DNA of 64,000 nt from NCBI GenBank assembly GCA_965236125.1, contig CBDEAP010000007.1:2685-66684 (forward strand), read 5' to 3'. Positions 10,551-21,957 of the stretch are shown piece after piece (position 1 is the first letter of the stretch; each line of letters starts with the position of its first letter). The stretch is from Candidatus Pelagibacterales bacterium. GTDB lineage: Bacteria; Pseudomonadota; Alphaproteobacteria; Pelagibacterales; Pelagibacteraceae. The notes beneath the pieces were generated by a model. The model worked only from the letters and a program-made list of their open reading frames with translations. It searched no databases and was not told the DNA's origin. The position numbers and the translations under genes are program-made.

Positions 10551-11152
10551 TTTTTAATAGATGTGCCAGCAGATACAATAAATTTAGAAGCTTCTTCAAA
10601 AGACATATTTAGATAAATTACCTCTTCTATTGGAAACATTAAAAGAAAACCACTTGTTGGGTTTGGTGTAGTTGGAATAAATACATTTAAAAGTTTTTTA
10701 TTAACTTTATCAGACATTTCACCTTTATTTTCTTTAGTAGCAAATCCTACTGCCCAAACACCCTTTCTTGGATATTCAACTAGTACAACACTTTTTTTAT
10801 TACCATCCTTTTTTGAAAAAGTTTCTGTCATTTGAACTATGGCAGAATAAATGGTTCTTAAAAATGGTATTCTTTTAAATAAATCATCAATTAGTTTTAA
10901 TATTCTCTTACCTAAAAATGATAAAGAAATACCACCAACAATAGTTATTAAAATTATAGATATAATAATTTCAATGCCTGGAATTTTAAAAGGTAAATAG
11001 CTATTAGGATTAATATTTTCAGGGATAATTTTAGATGAAATACCAATTAAAATTTTACTGAGATATAGAGTAAATCCTATTGGGATAAGTACAACTACTC
11101 CAGTAATAAAATAATTTCTTAATGTAAGAGAGAATGAACGTTTTTTTGCCAT
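10547..11152 (-). CDS. DUF502 family membrane protein
   Basis: VLVEYPRKG and VFIPTTPNPTSGFL motifs. Confidence 0.88.
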   Translation of the reverse strand: MAKKRSFSLTLRNYFITGVVVLIPIGFTLYLSKILIGISSKIIPENINPNSYLPFKIPGIEIIISIILITIVGGISLSFLGKRILKLIDDLFKRIPFLRTIYSAIVQMTETFSKKDGNKKSVVLVEYPRKGVWAVGFATKENKGEMSDKVNKKLLNVFIPTTPNPTSGFLLMFPIEEVIYLNMSFEEASKFIVSAGTSIKN

Positions 11153-11266
11153 CTAATTAATTAAAACTTGAATATATTACAAAAGAAATTGCAATAATGA
11201 AAAGTACTAATAAAATTTTGTTATTAAGATTCATACAAAATAATATATTATCATTTTTAAATTATA

Positions 11267-12094
11267 ATGAATAGAAGAAAATTTTTATCATATCTAGGCT
11301 GTGGTTGCTGTAGTTTAATACTGCCTTCTTGTTCTTCTGCCCCTATTACAGATAGAAAACAATTAAAGATTATTCCAGAAGCAAATCTAAATGCTCAAGC
11401 AGCTCAAATTTATGAAAAAGTTAAAGAAAAAGAAAAAATGAGTGAAGATTTAAAAGCTTTAGAAGAGATTAAAGAAATTGGTAAAAAAATGGAAAATGCC
11501 ATTGGTGAATATTTTTATAGAGCTAAACTTGATGATCCAACTGCGAATTTCGACTGGGAATATATTTTAATAGAAAATAAAAAAGTCAGAAACGCATGGT
11601 GTATGCCAGGAGGTAAAATTGCGGTGTATTCTGGAATGTTAGAAGTAACAAAAAATACCAACGGTTTAGCTGCTGTGATGGGACATGAAATAGCACATGC
11701 TGTAGCAAAACACTCAGTAGAAAGAGCTAGTCGTGGCATGCTCTTGAATACTGGTACCCAACTAATTGATATTTTTAGCGGTGGTAAGTTATCTCAAATT
11801 AATAGAACCACAGGCATGAATACTGTTGGTTTATTATCTCAATTAGGAATCATGAATCCTTTCAACCGAAAACAAGAGAGTGAAGCTGATTATTTGGGAA
11901 TGATTTTTTCCTCATTATCTGGGTACGATATTAGAGAGACTGTAAAAATATGGGAGAGAATGAAAGAATTTAATAAAGGAAAAGAACCTGCTGAGTTTAT
12001 GAGTACACATCCCTCATCAGATACCAGAATAAAGAATATTAATGAGTGGACGAACGAAATTATCCTAGATTATCCACCAATTTCAATAACTTAA
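11267..12094 (+). CDS. M48 family zinc metallopeptidase, probable Tat-exported lipoprotein
   Basis: NAWCMPGGK, HEIAH, ESEAD, STHP; N-terminal NRRKFL and LPSC. Confidence 0.9.
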   Translation: MNRRKFLSYLGCGCCSLILPSCSSAPITDRKQLKIIPEANLNAQAAQIYEKVKEKEKMSEDLKALEEIKEIGKKMENAIGEYFYRAKLDDPTANFDWEYILIENKKVRNAWCMPGGKIAVYSGMLEVTKNTNGLAAVMGHEIAHAVAKHSVERASRGMLLNTGTQLIDIFSGGKLSQINRTTGMNTVGLLSQLGIMNPFNRKQESEADYLGMIFSSLSGYDIRETVKIWERMKEFNKGKEPAEFMSTHPSSDTRIKNINEWTNEIILDYPPISIT

Positions 12095-12103
12095 GATCAA
12101 AAT

Positions 12104-12179
<76 letters not shown>

Positions 12180-12264
12180 ACAATACATTCGAAAGAATGA
12201 ATTTGTTGTATACAGAATTATTTCAATAATTCAAATACCAATTTTAAATAATACAAACGTTATT

Positions 12265-13377
12265 TTAAAGTATACCAACGTATTTATCATGAAATTCGTT
12301 GAAAGTTCCATTTTTTATATGTTCTCGAATTGAACTCATTAATTCTTGGTAAAAGTTAATATTATGTAATGTTAATAGCATAGAGGCTAAAATTTCATTG
12401 GTATTAAATAAATGATTTAGATAATTTTTTGAGTATTTATTCAAATTTAGATTTTCACAATTTGGATCAAGTGGAGAATTATCCATTTGATATTTGTTAT
12501 TTTTTATATTGATTCTACCTTCCCAAGTAAATGCTAAACCAGTTCTTCCAGATCTTGTAGGTAAAACACAATCAAACATATCAATACCTCTTTTGACAGC
12601 ACCTAAAATATCCGAAGGAGTTCCAACTCCCATTAAATAATGAGGTTTATTTTTTGGCAGATGATCTTTGATATTATCAAGCACCTTAAACATTTCTTGT
12701 TGAGTTTCTCCTACCGCTAAACCTCCTAAAGCATAACCATCAAATCCAATTTTTTCTAATGCCTTTAAAGAAGTAATTCTTAAATCTCCAAAAAGACCTC
12801 CTTGGACTATTCCAAATAATGCTTTATGTGGATGTGATCCAAATGCTTTTTTTGATCTTTCCGCCCAGTATAAAGATAATTCCATAGATTTTTTGATAAC
12901 GTCAAAGTCATTAGTATTTTTTGGACACTCATCCATTATCATTACGATATCTGAATTTAAACCTAATTGAATTCTGATACTTTCCTCTGGGCTTAGATAA
13001 AATTTTTTTCCATCCACATGCGAATTAAAAATAGCTCCTTTTTCTCTATCTATCTTATTAAGTTTTGAAAGTGACATTACTTGAAAACCACCAGAGTCTG
13101 TTAAAATTGGCAAATCGCAGTTCATAAATTGATGCAAACCTCCAGCCGATATTATTCTCTCTACACCAGGTCTAATCATTAAATGATAAGTATTAGACAG
13201 GATAATTTGTGAACCAGTTCTTTTAATATCATCTATGGTGCAAGCTTTTACTGTAGCCTGTGTCCCAACAGGCATAAACGCCGGTGTAGAAATATTACCA
13301 CGATGAGTTTCGATTAAACCTAATCGAGCTGAATTATCTTCTTTTAAAAGTTTAAAGGCAAAATCTTTTAATGCCAT
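12265..13377 (-). CDS. tgt: Queuine tRNA-ribosyltransferase
   Basis: FMPVGT, TDSGGFQ, GIVQGG, DMFDCVLPTR. Confidence 0.97.
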   Translation of the reverse strand: MALKDFAFKLLKEDNSARLGLIETHRGNISTPAFMPVGTQATVKACTIDDIKRTGSQIILSNTYHLMIRPGVERIISAGGLHQFMNCDLPILTDSGGFQVMSLSKLNKIDREKGAIFNSHVDGKKFYLSPEESIRIQLGLNSDIVMIMDECPKNTNDFDVIKKSMELSLYWAERSKKAFGSHPHKALFGIVQGGLFGDLRITSLKALEKIGFDGYALGGLAVGETQQEMFKVLDNIKDHLPKNKPHYLMGVGTPSDILGAVKRGIDMFDCVLPTRSGRTGLAFTWEGRINIKNNKYQMDNSPLDPNCENLNLNKYSKNYLNHLFNTNEILASMLLTLHNINFYQELMSSIREHIKNGTFNEFHDKYVGIL

Positions 13378-13385
13378 TCAAAGAA

Positions 13386-13946
13386 TTAAAGTGATTTAAA
13401 ACTAATAATCTTATCAGGATCTGTTACTGCACCATTATTATTGTCATCACCTCTTTTGATCTTATCAACAAACTCCATACCTTCGATAACTTTTCCAAAA
13501 ACGGTATACTGACGGTCTAAGAAAGGAGCTGGTTTAAAACAAATAAAAAATTGGCTATTAGCGCTATCAGGATCTTGAGATCTTGCCATGGATAAAGTTC
13601 CTCGCTCATGAGGAACACTACTAAATTCTTGTTTAAGGTCAGGAAGATCTGATCCACCCATTCCTGCTCTTCTTAAATCAAAAGATCCAGCTTCAGAATT
13701 ACCAAATCTAACATCACCAGTTTGAGCCATAAAGCCATCTATTACTCTATGAAAAACTACATTATCGTATTGTCCGCTATCAGCTAATTCTTTAATCCTT
13801 TTAACATGATTTGGAGCGACATCAGGAAAAAGCTCTATTTTTACATCACCATCTTTTAATTTTAAAATCATTATATTCTCCTCTGCAATTGATAGGTTAG
13901 TTGTTAGAAATAAAAAAACAAAAAGTTTAATTAAAAATTTATTCAT
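13386..13946 (-). CDS. Cyclophilin-type peptidyl-prolyl isomerase with signal peptide
   Basis: FHRVIDGFMAQTGD, SMAR, ANSQFFI, YTVFGKV. Confidence 0.95.
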   Translation of the reverse strand: MNKFLIKLFVFLFLTTNLSIAEENIMILKLKDGDVKIELFPDVAPNHVKRIKELADSGQYDNVVFHRVIDGFMAQTGDVRFGNSEAGSFDLRRAGMGGSDLPDLKQEFSSVPHERGTLSMARSQDPDSANSQFFICFKPAPFLDRQYTVFGKVIEGMEFVDKIKRGDDNNNGAVTDPDKIISFKSL

Positions 13947-14433
13947 ATTTTTCTTTTAAAGATTTTATCGTACTTTTTGTAGTAAATTTTTTGATATCAC
14001 CTTTTAATTTTACTATTTCTTTAACAAATCTTGATGAAATAATCTGATTTTCGACGTCAGACATCAAAAAGAGAGTTTCAATATTATTATTTAATTTTCT
14101 ATTCATTCCAGCTAGTTGAAATTCATATTCAAAATCAGATACAGCTCTTAATCCTCTTAAAATAATATTTGATTTATATTTTTTACAAACATCTGTAGTT
14201 AAAGTATTAAAAGATATTACGGTAACTTTGTTTTTACTTAATTTTAAATCTGAAAAAATTGCTTTTTTTACTATTTGAATCCGTTCTACTGCATTGAACA
14301 AATAATTTTTATTTTCTACATCAGATACCGCAACAATAATTTTATCAAATAATTTTAATCCTTTTTTAATGACATCAATATGACCATAAGTAATTGGGTC
14401 AAAAGTTCCTGGATAAATTGCTACTTTATTCAT
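13939..14433 (-). CDS. coaD: Phosphopantetheine adenylyltransferase
   Basis: YPGTFDPITYGH, RGLRAVSDFEYE. Confidence 0.97.
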   Translation of the reverse strand: MNKVAIYPGTFDPITYGHIDVIKKGLKLFDKIIVAVSDVENKNYLFNAVERIQIVKKAIFSDLKLSKNKVTVISFNTLTTDVCKKYKSNIILRGLRAVSDFEYEFQLAGMNRKLNNNIETLFLMSDVENQIISSRFVKEIVKLKGDIKKFTTKSTIKSLKEKYE

Positions 14434-17012
14434 TAAATCAAATTATCATCAATTTTAATGGCAGAAACAACCTTTTCTTCTCCTGATAATTTAATAATTC
14501 TAACACCTTGAGTATTTCTACCAGCTGTTCTAATTTCTTTAACAGCAACTCTTATAACTCTACCTTTATTAGTTGAGATTAATATTTCATCCCCTTCATA
14601 AACAGGAAAAGATGATGCTACATTACCATTTCTTGGTGAATTAATTATTCCAATAATTCCTTTACCACCTCTATTGGTTACTCTGTAATCTATATGAGGA
14701 GTTTTTTTGCCATATCCGTTTTGAGATATAGATAAAATAAACTTTTCTTTTGCTTTTATTTCAGCTTTATCATCTTTAGATTTTTTGCCATTCTTATTTG
14801 ACTTATCACCATCAATAATGGATAGAGAGACTATTTCATCATTTGGAGCTAAAACTAATCCTCTGATACCTTTTGAAGATCTTCCTTTAAACACTCTCAA
14901 TTTTTTTGATTCAAATCGTATACATTTACCAAATTTTGTACTCAAAATTATATCTTGATCATCTTTACAAATCTTAACGCCAACAATTTTATCATTTGAA
15001 TCTAGTTTCATTGCTATTTTTCCCGAAGCATTAATAGATGTAAAGTCTTCAAGACTATTCTTTCTAATTTTACCTTGGGATGTGGCAAATATAATTTGAT
15101 AATCTTTTGACTCTTCCTCATTTTCAGGAAAAGGCATAATTGAACTTATGGATTGATGATTTTTGAGTGGTAAAATATTGAATAAAGATTTGCCTTTTGA
15201 AGATGCAGATCCTTCAGGTATTTTCCATGCTTTAACTTTATAAACTAAACCTTCTGTAGAAAAAAATAGAACTGAAGTATGAGTGTTAACGGATAAAGTT
15301 TGGACTACAGAGTCCTCATCTCTTGTAGTGATACCTGTTTTACCTTTACCACCTCTTTTTTGCTGTTTAACATTATCTAGAGAGCCTCTTTTTATATATC
15401 CTTGAAGTGTAACTGTAATAATTACAGATTCTTTCTGTATTGTTTCTTCAATGTCGTAATTAAGAACAGCATCGATTATCTTTGTTCTTCTTGGGACTGC
15501 AAACTTTTCTTTAATATTCTTTAATTCATCACTAATTACTTTTAAAAGCTCTTTTTTCGAAGAAATAATCTTCTTATATTTATTTATTAATTCAGCTAAT
15601 TTTTTAATTTCAACTTCTATTTCATTTATTCCTAAAGCAGTTAATTTTTGAAGTCTTAACTCTAATATAGCTACAACTTGAGGCTCACTTAAAGAATATA
15701 ATCCTTTAGCAGCTTTATCTTCAATTAAGGAAATAATTTTTTTTGATTTATCAATTTTCCATTTTGTTCCCATTATAGATTTTTTTGCATCATCAGGTGT
15801 TTTTGAAGATCTAATAATTTTTATTATCTTATCTAAATTTTCTACAGATACGGATAATCCAATTAAAATATGGGCTCTCTCTTCTGCTTTTTGGAGATCA
15901 AATTTTGTTTTTTTAATTACAACATCTTCTCTAAAGGTTAAAAAATTTGATAAAAATTCTTTTAAGTTGCAAGTTTTGGGTTTGCCATCAACAATTGCTA
16001 AAGTGTTAAATCCAAATGAACTTTCAATTTGAGTATTTTTATATAATTGTCTTTTAACTGTCTCAGGTTCAACACCATTTCTTAAATCAATTGCTACTCG
16101 TATACCTTCTCTATTTGACTCATCTCTAATATCTTTTATTCCTTCAATTTTTTTTTCTCTAACCAATTGAGCTATTCTTTCATTTAATATTGATTTGTTT
16201 ACTTGATAAGGAATTGAAGTGATAACCAATCTGTCTCTACCTGTCTTTGAGCTTTCTACTGATATTTCTCCTCTTATCTTAAACGAACCTCTTCCGTGAT
16301 TGTAACCTTGTTTAATGATATCTTTGCCAATAATTACTCCTCCTGTTGGAAAATCTGGACCAGGAATATGTTTCATCAAATCTTTAATTTTAATATCTTT
16401 ATCTTCTATCAAAGCTAATGTTCCATCTATAATTTCACCAAGATTATGTGGGGGTATACTTGTTGCCATACCAACCGCAATTCCTCCAGCTCCATTAACA
16501 AGCAGGTTTGGAAATTGAGCAGGTAATACTGAAGGTTCTTTTTCTGTTTCATCGTAATTACTTTTGAAAGAAACAGTATTTTTTTCTATATCATCAATTA
16601 AAAATTGAGAAACTTTAGATAACCTTGTCTCGGTATATCTCATTGCTGCTGCTGGATCCCCATCTATAGATCCAAAATTACCCTGTCCCTCTACCAAAGG
16701 TAAACTCATTGAAAAATCTTGAACCATTCTAACTAATGCGTCATAAACAGATTGATCTCCATGTGGATGATATTTACCAATTACATCCCCAACTATTCTT
16801 GCTGATTTTCTAAATTGCTTCGACCAATCATAACCACCTTTATACATAGCAAATAAAATTCTTCTATGAACAGGTTTTAATCCGTCTCTAATATCAGGAA
16901 GTGCCCTACTAACGATGACACTCATTGCGTAAGATAAATATGACGAGCTCATCTCGTCATGCATTGAAATTAGTTTTATGTTGTTATCCTTAGGAACTTC
17001 AGATTTTTGCAT
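14433..17012 (-). CDS. gyrA: DNA gyrase subunit A
   Basis: [22 protein letters not shown], GyrA box QKRGGKG. Confidence 0.97.
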   Translation of the reverse strand: MQKSEVPKDNNIKLISMHDEMSSSYLSYAMSVIVSRALPDIRDGLKPVHRRILFAMYKGGYDWSKQFRKSARIVGDVIGKYHPHGDQSVYDALVRMVQDFSMSLPLVEGQGNFGSIDGDPAAAMRYTETRLSKVSQFLIDDIEKNTVSFKSNYDETEKEPSVLPAQFPNLLVNGAGGIAVGMATSIPPHNLGEIIDGTLALIEDKDIKIKDLMKHIPGPDFPTGGVIIGKDIIKQGYNHGRGSFKIRGEISVESSKTGRDRLVITSIPYQVNKSILNERIAQLVREKKIEGIKDIRDESNREGIRVAIDLRNGVEPETVKRQLYKNTQIESSFGFNTLAIVDGKPKTCNLKEFLSNFLTFREDVVIKKTKFDLQKAEERAHILIGLSVSVENLDKIIKIIRSSKTPDDAKKSIMGTKWKIDKSKKIISLIEDKAAKGLYSLSEPQVVAILELRLQKLTALGINEIEVEIKKLAELINKYKKIISSKKELLKVISDELKNIKEKFAVPRRTKIIDAVLNYDIEETIQKESVIITVTLQGYIKRGSLDNVKQQKRGGKGKTGITTRDEDSVVQTLSVNTHTSVLFFSTEGLVYKVKAWKIPEGSASSKGKSLFNILPLKNHQSISSIMPFPENEEESKDYQIIFATSQGKIRKNSLEDFTSINASGKIAMKLDSNDKIVGVKICKDDQDIILSTKFGKCIRFESKKLRVFKGRSSKGIRGLVLAPNDEIVSLSIIDGDKSNKNGKKSKDDKAEIKAKEKFILSISQNGYGKKTPHIDYRVTNRGGKGIIGIINSPRNGNVASSFPVYEGDEILISTNKGRVIRVAVKEIRTAGRNTQGVRIIKLSGEEKVVSAIKIDDNLI

Positions 17013-17017
17013 AGATA

Positions 17018-17473
17018 TTAAAATGGAATTTCGTCATCCATATCATTCGAGATTTGAGACGAGTCTTCAATATTATTCGATGATTGTGAATTATCATTTT
17101 GAATTCCACCACCAGTGTTTCCACCACCCAACATAGTTAATGAGGAATTATAACCCTGTATAACAATTTCAGTAGAATATTTATCTTGACCAGATTGTTC
17201 ATCTTTCCATTTTCTAGTTGCAAGTTGTCCCTCTACATAAATTTGAGCACCTTTTTTTAAATACTGTTGAACTACATTTACAAGACCATCGTTAAATACA
17301 ACTATTCGGTGCCATTCTGTTTTTTCTTTTTTTTCCCCTGTATTTTTATCTTTCCAAGATTGACTTGTAGCAAGACTTAATCTAGCAACACTTTTGCCAT
17401 TTACCATTTGCTTAATTTCAGGATCTGCGCCTAAACGACCAATTAATAATACTTTATTTAAACTTCCAGCCAT
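17018..17473 (-). CDS. ssb: Single-stranded DNA-binding protein
   Basis: [20 protein letters not shown]-terminal DDEIPF. Confidence 0.98.
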   Translation of the reverse strand: MAGSLNKVLLIGRLGADPEIKQMVNGKSVARLSLATSQSWKDKNTGEKKEKTEWHRIVVFNDGLVNVVQQYLKKGAQIYVEGQLATRKWKDEQSGQDKYSTEIVIQGYNSSLTMLGGGNTGGGIQNDNSQSSNNIEDSSQISNDMDDEIPF

Positions 17474-17562
17474 AATATTTATTATTTGTTATTTATTTAA
17501 TTTATATTTATATCACAATTTACTCTGAATATTAATTTTATTAATTCAAAGCAACTAGAATT

Positions 17563-20418
17563 ATGATCAAAAAGATAGTTATCAAGGGTGCCAAGGAACA
17601 TAATTTAAAGAATATTTCTTTAGAAGTTCCTAAGGACAAATTTGTCGTGATCACCGGTCTATCTGGATCGGGAAAATCATCATTAGCATTTGATACAATT
17701 TACGCTGAAGGTCAAAGACGATATGTAGAAAGCTTATCTGCTTATGCACGACAATTTTTAGATAAAATGAAGAAACCAAATGTTGATTTAATAGAAGGCC
17801 TCAGTCCAGCAATATCAATTGAACAAAAAAATACTTCTAAAAATCCTAGATCCACTGTTGCAACAGTAACAGAAATTTATGATTATATGAGGGTGTTATA
17901 TGCAAGAGCTGGAATACCCTACTCACCTTTCACAGGTAAGCCAATCACATCACAAACTATAACGCAAATAGTTGACAAAATTAAAGAATTGCCAAAAAAA
18001 GCTACCATTTATCTTTACGCACCTGTCGTAAGAGGTCGTAAAGGAGAATATAAAAAAGACATTTTAGGATATAAGAAAAGAGGATTTAGAAAAATTAAAG
18101 TTGATGATGTAATTTATGAAATCGACAAGGTCCCCGAACTTAACAAAAAAGTAAATCACGATATTTCTATATTGGTAGATAGGATAGTTTTAAATTCATC
18201 TTTAGGTAACCGATTAGCTGAAAGTATAGAAACAGCAGTGAATTTAGCTAATGGACTAATTTTTGTTGAGTATGAAGATGAAACTTTACCTGCAAAATTT
18301 AGAAAAACTGAAAAATTAATCTTTTCAACAAAATTTGCTTGTCCAGAAAGTGGTTTTACAATTGAAGAAATAGAGCCAAGATTATTTTCTTTCAACAGTC
18401 CATTTGGTGCTTGTGAAGAATGTGAAGGTATAGGCGTTAAATTAAACGTAGATCCAAACCTGGTAATACCCAATGAAAAAAAAAGTATTGCAGATGGTGC
18501 GATCGAACCCTGGGCGAAAACTACCACACTTTACTATGCACAAACCTTAGCCTCGATTGCAAAACATTATAATTTTTCGTTAGATGAAAAATGGAATAAA
18601 TTACCAAAGAAAATTAAAGATATCATCTTATATGGATCTGATGATGAGGAAATCAAATTTAATTATGATGATGGTTATGAAAAATATTCACATAAAAAAA
18701 CATTTGAAGGTGTAATAAATAATTTAGAAAGAAGATATCTCGAAACTGATAGTGACTGGAAAAGAGAAGAAATAGCTCAATATCAATCTGATACAAAATG
18801 TGAAAGATGTAATGGACATAGACTTAAGGATGAAGCTTTATGTGTTAAAATTGATGGATTGCATATAAGTGAAGTTACAGAAAAGTCTATTTTGGATGCT
18901 TCAGATTGGTTTAAAAATCTTAATAACTCTCTTGATCCTCGTCAATTAAAAATTGCTGAACATATTTTGAAAGAAATAAATGAACGACTTAATTTTTTAT
19001 TAAATGTAGGCCTTGACTACTTAACTCTATCAAGGGAGTCTGGAACCCTTTCAGGTGGAGAGGCACAAAGAATTAGATTAGCTTCACAAATTGGTTCAGG
19101 ATTAACAGGAGTCCTTTATGTTTTGGATGAGCCTTCAATTGGATTACATCAAAAAGATAATGTCAAACTTATCAGTGCTTTGAAAAGATTAAGAGATTTA
19201 GGAAATACTGTTATTGTAGTTGAGCATGACACTGAAACAATGGAAAACGCTGATCACATTATTGATTTAGGTCCAGAAGCTGGAAGTAAAGGAGGCCAAG
19301 TAGTTGCTGAAGGAACTATAGACGAAATTATTAAAAATAAAGACAGCATAACAGGCAAATATTTATCAAATAAATTTAAAATTAATGTACCTGCCAAAAG
19401 AAGATTGGCAAAGAATGGTAGATTTTTAGAAATCTCAGGTGCCACAGGAAATAATCTTCAAAATGTAAATCTAAAAATTCCTTTAGGTAGTTTGACCTGT
19501 GTAACAGGTGTTTCTGGAAGTGGTAAATCTACTCTAGTTTTACAAACTTTATATAATGCTTTAAATTTAACACTAAATAATAATAAATCTCGAAAAATTC
19601 CCAAACCTTTTAAAGGTTTTAAAGGAACTGAGTTAATAGATAAAATCATCGATATAGATCAATCGCCGATTGGAAGAACACCTAGATCCAATCCCGCAAC
19701 ATATACTGGAGCATTTGGACCAATTAGAGATTGGTTTACGGCTTTGCCAGAGTCAAAAACTCGGGGATACAAACCAGGTAGATTTTCTTTTAATGTTAGA
19801 GGTGGTAGATGTGAAGCTTGTGAGGGTGATGGAGTAATAACCTATGAAATGCACTTTTTACCAGATGTTTACATTCAATGTGATGAATGTAAAGGAACCA
19901 GATATAATAGAGAAACTCTAGAAATAAAATTTAAAGACAAGAGTATTGCCGATGTTTTAAATATGACTGTTGATGAAGGATGTGATTATTTTGAAAATAT
20001 ATCAAATATTAAATCTAAATTATTAACATTAAAAAAAGTTGGTTTGGGTTATATAAAAATTGGTCAACAAGCAACTACTCTATCTGGTGGGGAGGCACAA
20101 CGTATTAAACTTGCAAAAGAATTATCTAAAAGATCTACCGGAAGAACTATGTACATACTTGATGAACCAACTACTGGACTGCATCAACATGATATTAAAA
20201 AATTACTAGAAATACTTCATACTTTTGTCGCATTAGGTAATACAGTTGTTGTTATTGAGCACAACCTTGATGTAATTAAAACTGCTGATTACATTGTTGA
20301 TATGGGTCCAGAAGGTGGAGTTAAAGGTGGAAAAATTATTGCTGAAGGAAAACCTGAAGATATTTGTAAAGTTAAAGATAGTTATACTGGCCAATTTTTA
20401 AAACCACTATTAGTATAA
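17563..20418 (+). CDS. uvrA: Excinuclease ABC subunit A
   Basis: Two ABC domains ([26 protein letters not shown]) and zinc fingers. Confidence 0.98.
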   Translation: MIKKIVIKGAKEHNLKNISLEVPKDKFVVITGLSGSGKSSLAFDTIYAEGQRRYVESLSAYARQFLDKMKKPNVDLIEGLSPAISIEQKNTSKNPRSTVATVTEIYDYMRVLYARAGIPYSPFTGKPITSQTITQIVDKIKELPKKATIYLYAPVVRGRKGEYKKDILGYKKRGFRKIKVDDVIYEIDKVPELNKKVNHDISILVDRIVLNSSLGNRLAESIETAVNLANGLIFVEYEDETLPAKFRKTEKLIFSTKFACPESGFTIEEIEPRLFSFNSPFGACEECEGIGVKLNVDPNLVIPNEKKSIADGAIEPWAKTTTLYYAQTLASIAKHYNFSLDEKWNKLPKKIKDIILYGSDDEEIKFNYDDGYEKYSHKKTFEGVINNLERRYLETDSDWKREEIAQYQSDTKCERCNGHRLKDEALCVKIDGLHISEVTEKSILDASDWFKNLNNSLDPRQLKIAEHILKEINERLNFLLNVGLDYLTLSRESGTLSGGEAQRIRLASQIGSGLTGVLYVLDEPSIGLHQKDNVKLISALKRLRDLGNTVIVVEHDTETMENADHIIDLGPEAGSKGGQVVAEGTIDEIIKNKDSITGKYLSNKFKINVPAKRRLAKNGRFLEISGATGNNLQNVNLKIPLGSLTCVTGVSGSGKSTLVLQTLYNALNLTLNNNKSRKIPKPFKGFKGTELIDKIIDIDQSPIGRTPRSNPATYTGAFGPIRDWFTALPESKTRGYKPGRFSFNVRGGRCEACEGDGVITYEMHFLPDVYIQCDECKGTRYNRETLEIKFKDKSIADVLNMTVDEGCDYFENISNIKSKLLTLKKVGLGYIKIGQQATTLSGGEAQRIKLAKELSKRSTGRTMYILDEPTTGLHQHDIKKLLEILHTFVALGNTVVVIEHNLDVIKTADYIVDMGPEGGVKGGKIIAEGKPEDICKVKDSYTGQFLKPLLV

Positions 20419-20463
20419 AATTACTTATAATTACTTAAAATTAGTGTATAAATATTAAGAATC

Positions 20464-21066
20464 ATGAGTAATTTACTTTCATCTTTATCTAAAACCATTC
20501 ACGCTTCATTAGCTTTAGCAATAATTCTTTTTATTGGTTTATTTGTTCAAAATGATGGATTTGCATTTGATAGAGCTTTTTGGAGTTGGGTTGCAAGATA
20601 CACTCATGTATTAGTTGGTATTATGTGGATTGGTTTACTTTGGTATTTTAATTTTGTCCAAATTCCAAATATGTCAAAAATCCCTGATGAACAAAAACCT
20701 GCTATAGGAAAAGTTATAGCTCCAGCTGCTCTTTTCTATTTTAGATGGGCGGCTTTTTTTACTATATTGTCAGGATTAATCTTAGCTGGATTAAATGGCT
20801 ATCTACACGATGCGATGACTTTGAGTATTGGATCTGGTATTCCAAAACATACAGCTATTGGTATTGGAATGTGGCTAGGAATAATAATGGCTTTTAATGT
20901 TTGGTTTGTAATATGGCCTAATCAAAAAAGAGCATTAGGTATCGTTGATTGTGAGCCAGATGTAAAAGCTAAATCTGCTAAGACAGCAATGTTATTTTCA
21001 AGAACCAATACACTTCTTTCACTGCCAATGCTTTTAGCAATGGTAGCAGCACAAAATTTATATTAA
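20464..21066 (+). CDS. DUF989 / PuuD (urate hydroxylase) N-terminal-like membrane protein, no cytochrome c domain
   Basis: HVLVGIMWIGLLWYFNFVQ, YFRWAA, NVWFVIWPNQK, SRTNT; no CxxCH. Confidence 0.75.
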   Translation: MSNLLSSLSKTIHASLALAIILFIGLFVQNDGFAFDRAFWSWVARYTHVLVGIMWIGLLWYFNFVQIPNMSKIPDEQKPAIGKVIAPAALFYFRWAAFFTILSGLILAGLNGYLHDAMTLSIGSGIPKHTAIGIGMWLGIIMAFNVWFVIWPNQKRALGIVDCEPDVKAKSAKTAMLFSRTNTLLSLPMLLAMVAAQNLY

Positions 21067-21957
21067 TTAATCTTTATTTTCTTCTCTTAAAACAGTTTTT
21101 TGAGTTACATTAAGTCTAACTAGCACGGTGTTAGCTATATAAATTGACGAATAAGTTCCAAAGATTACCCCAAGTATCATTGCAAAAGAAAATCCCCTTA
21201 GGATCTCTCCACCAAAAATATAAATAGCAAGAAGTGCCAAAAGTGTAGTTATTGAGGTTAATAAAGTACGAGACAATGTCTCATTAATTGAAATATTGGT
21301 TAATTCAAAAATCTTAATATCAGAATATTTGCGTAGGTTTTCTCTTACTCGATCAAAAATAACAACAGTATCATTCATTGAGTATCCTACAATTGTTAAT
21401 ACTGCAGCAATAATTGATAAATTAATCTCTAGACTGAATAAAGAAAACATACCTAAAGTAACAATAACATCATGAAATAAAGCAACTATTGCACCTAAGC
21501 TGAATTGCCATTCAAATCTTATCCAAATATAAATAAGCATAACTGCTAATGAAAGTGAAATGGCAATAATACCAGATCTTAATAATTCACTACTGACTTT
21601 AGGTCCAACATTTTCAACTCTTCTAAAGTTAAAATTATTTCCATAACTGTTTTCTAAATTATTTTTGATATTCTCAATAACATCATTTTTTGCATCATTT
21701 ATTTCAAATTTAATCAAATAATCTTGATCATTTCCAAATTTCTTGACTGAAACGTCACCCAAATTCATTTGGCTTAAAGAGTCTCTTAATGAACTTACAT
21801 TAATTTTGTTATCAGTTGATCTTAATTCAATTAAAGTGCCACCTTTAAAATCAATTCCATAATTTAAACCTTTAAAAAATAATAATCCTAAAGAAAATAC
21901 TATTAAGACAATCGAAATTATATTGAATTGATTGTAATATTTGTTGAATGGTATCAT
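21067..21957 (-). CDS. secF: Protein translocase subunit SecF
   Basis: GIDFKGG, VGPKVS, GYSMNDTVVIFDRVRE. Confidence 0.96.
   Translation of the reverse strand: MIPFNKYYNQFNIISIVLIVFSLGLLFFKGLNYGIDFKGGTLIELRSTDNKINVSSLRDSLSQMNLGDVSVKKFGNDQDYLIKFEINDAKNDVIENIKNNLENSYGNNFNFRRVENVGPKVSSELLRSGIIAISLSLAVMLIYIWIRFEWQFSLGAIVALFHDVIVTLGMFSLFSLEINLSIIAAVLTIVGYSMNDTVVIFDRVRENLRKYSDIKIFELTNISINETLSRTLLTSITTLLALLAIYIFGGEILRGFSFAMILGVIFGTYSSIYIANTVLVRLNVTQKTVLREENKD

Noticed and set aside
17474-17562. SOS (LexA) box between ssb and uvrA
   Set aside because: No GTTC-N7-GTTC or GAAC-N7-GAAC match; only AT-rich low-complexity symmetry.
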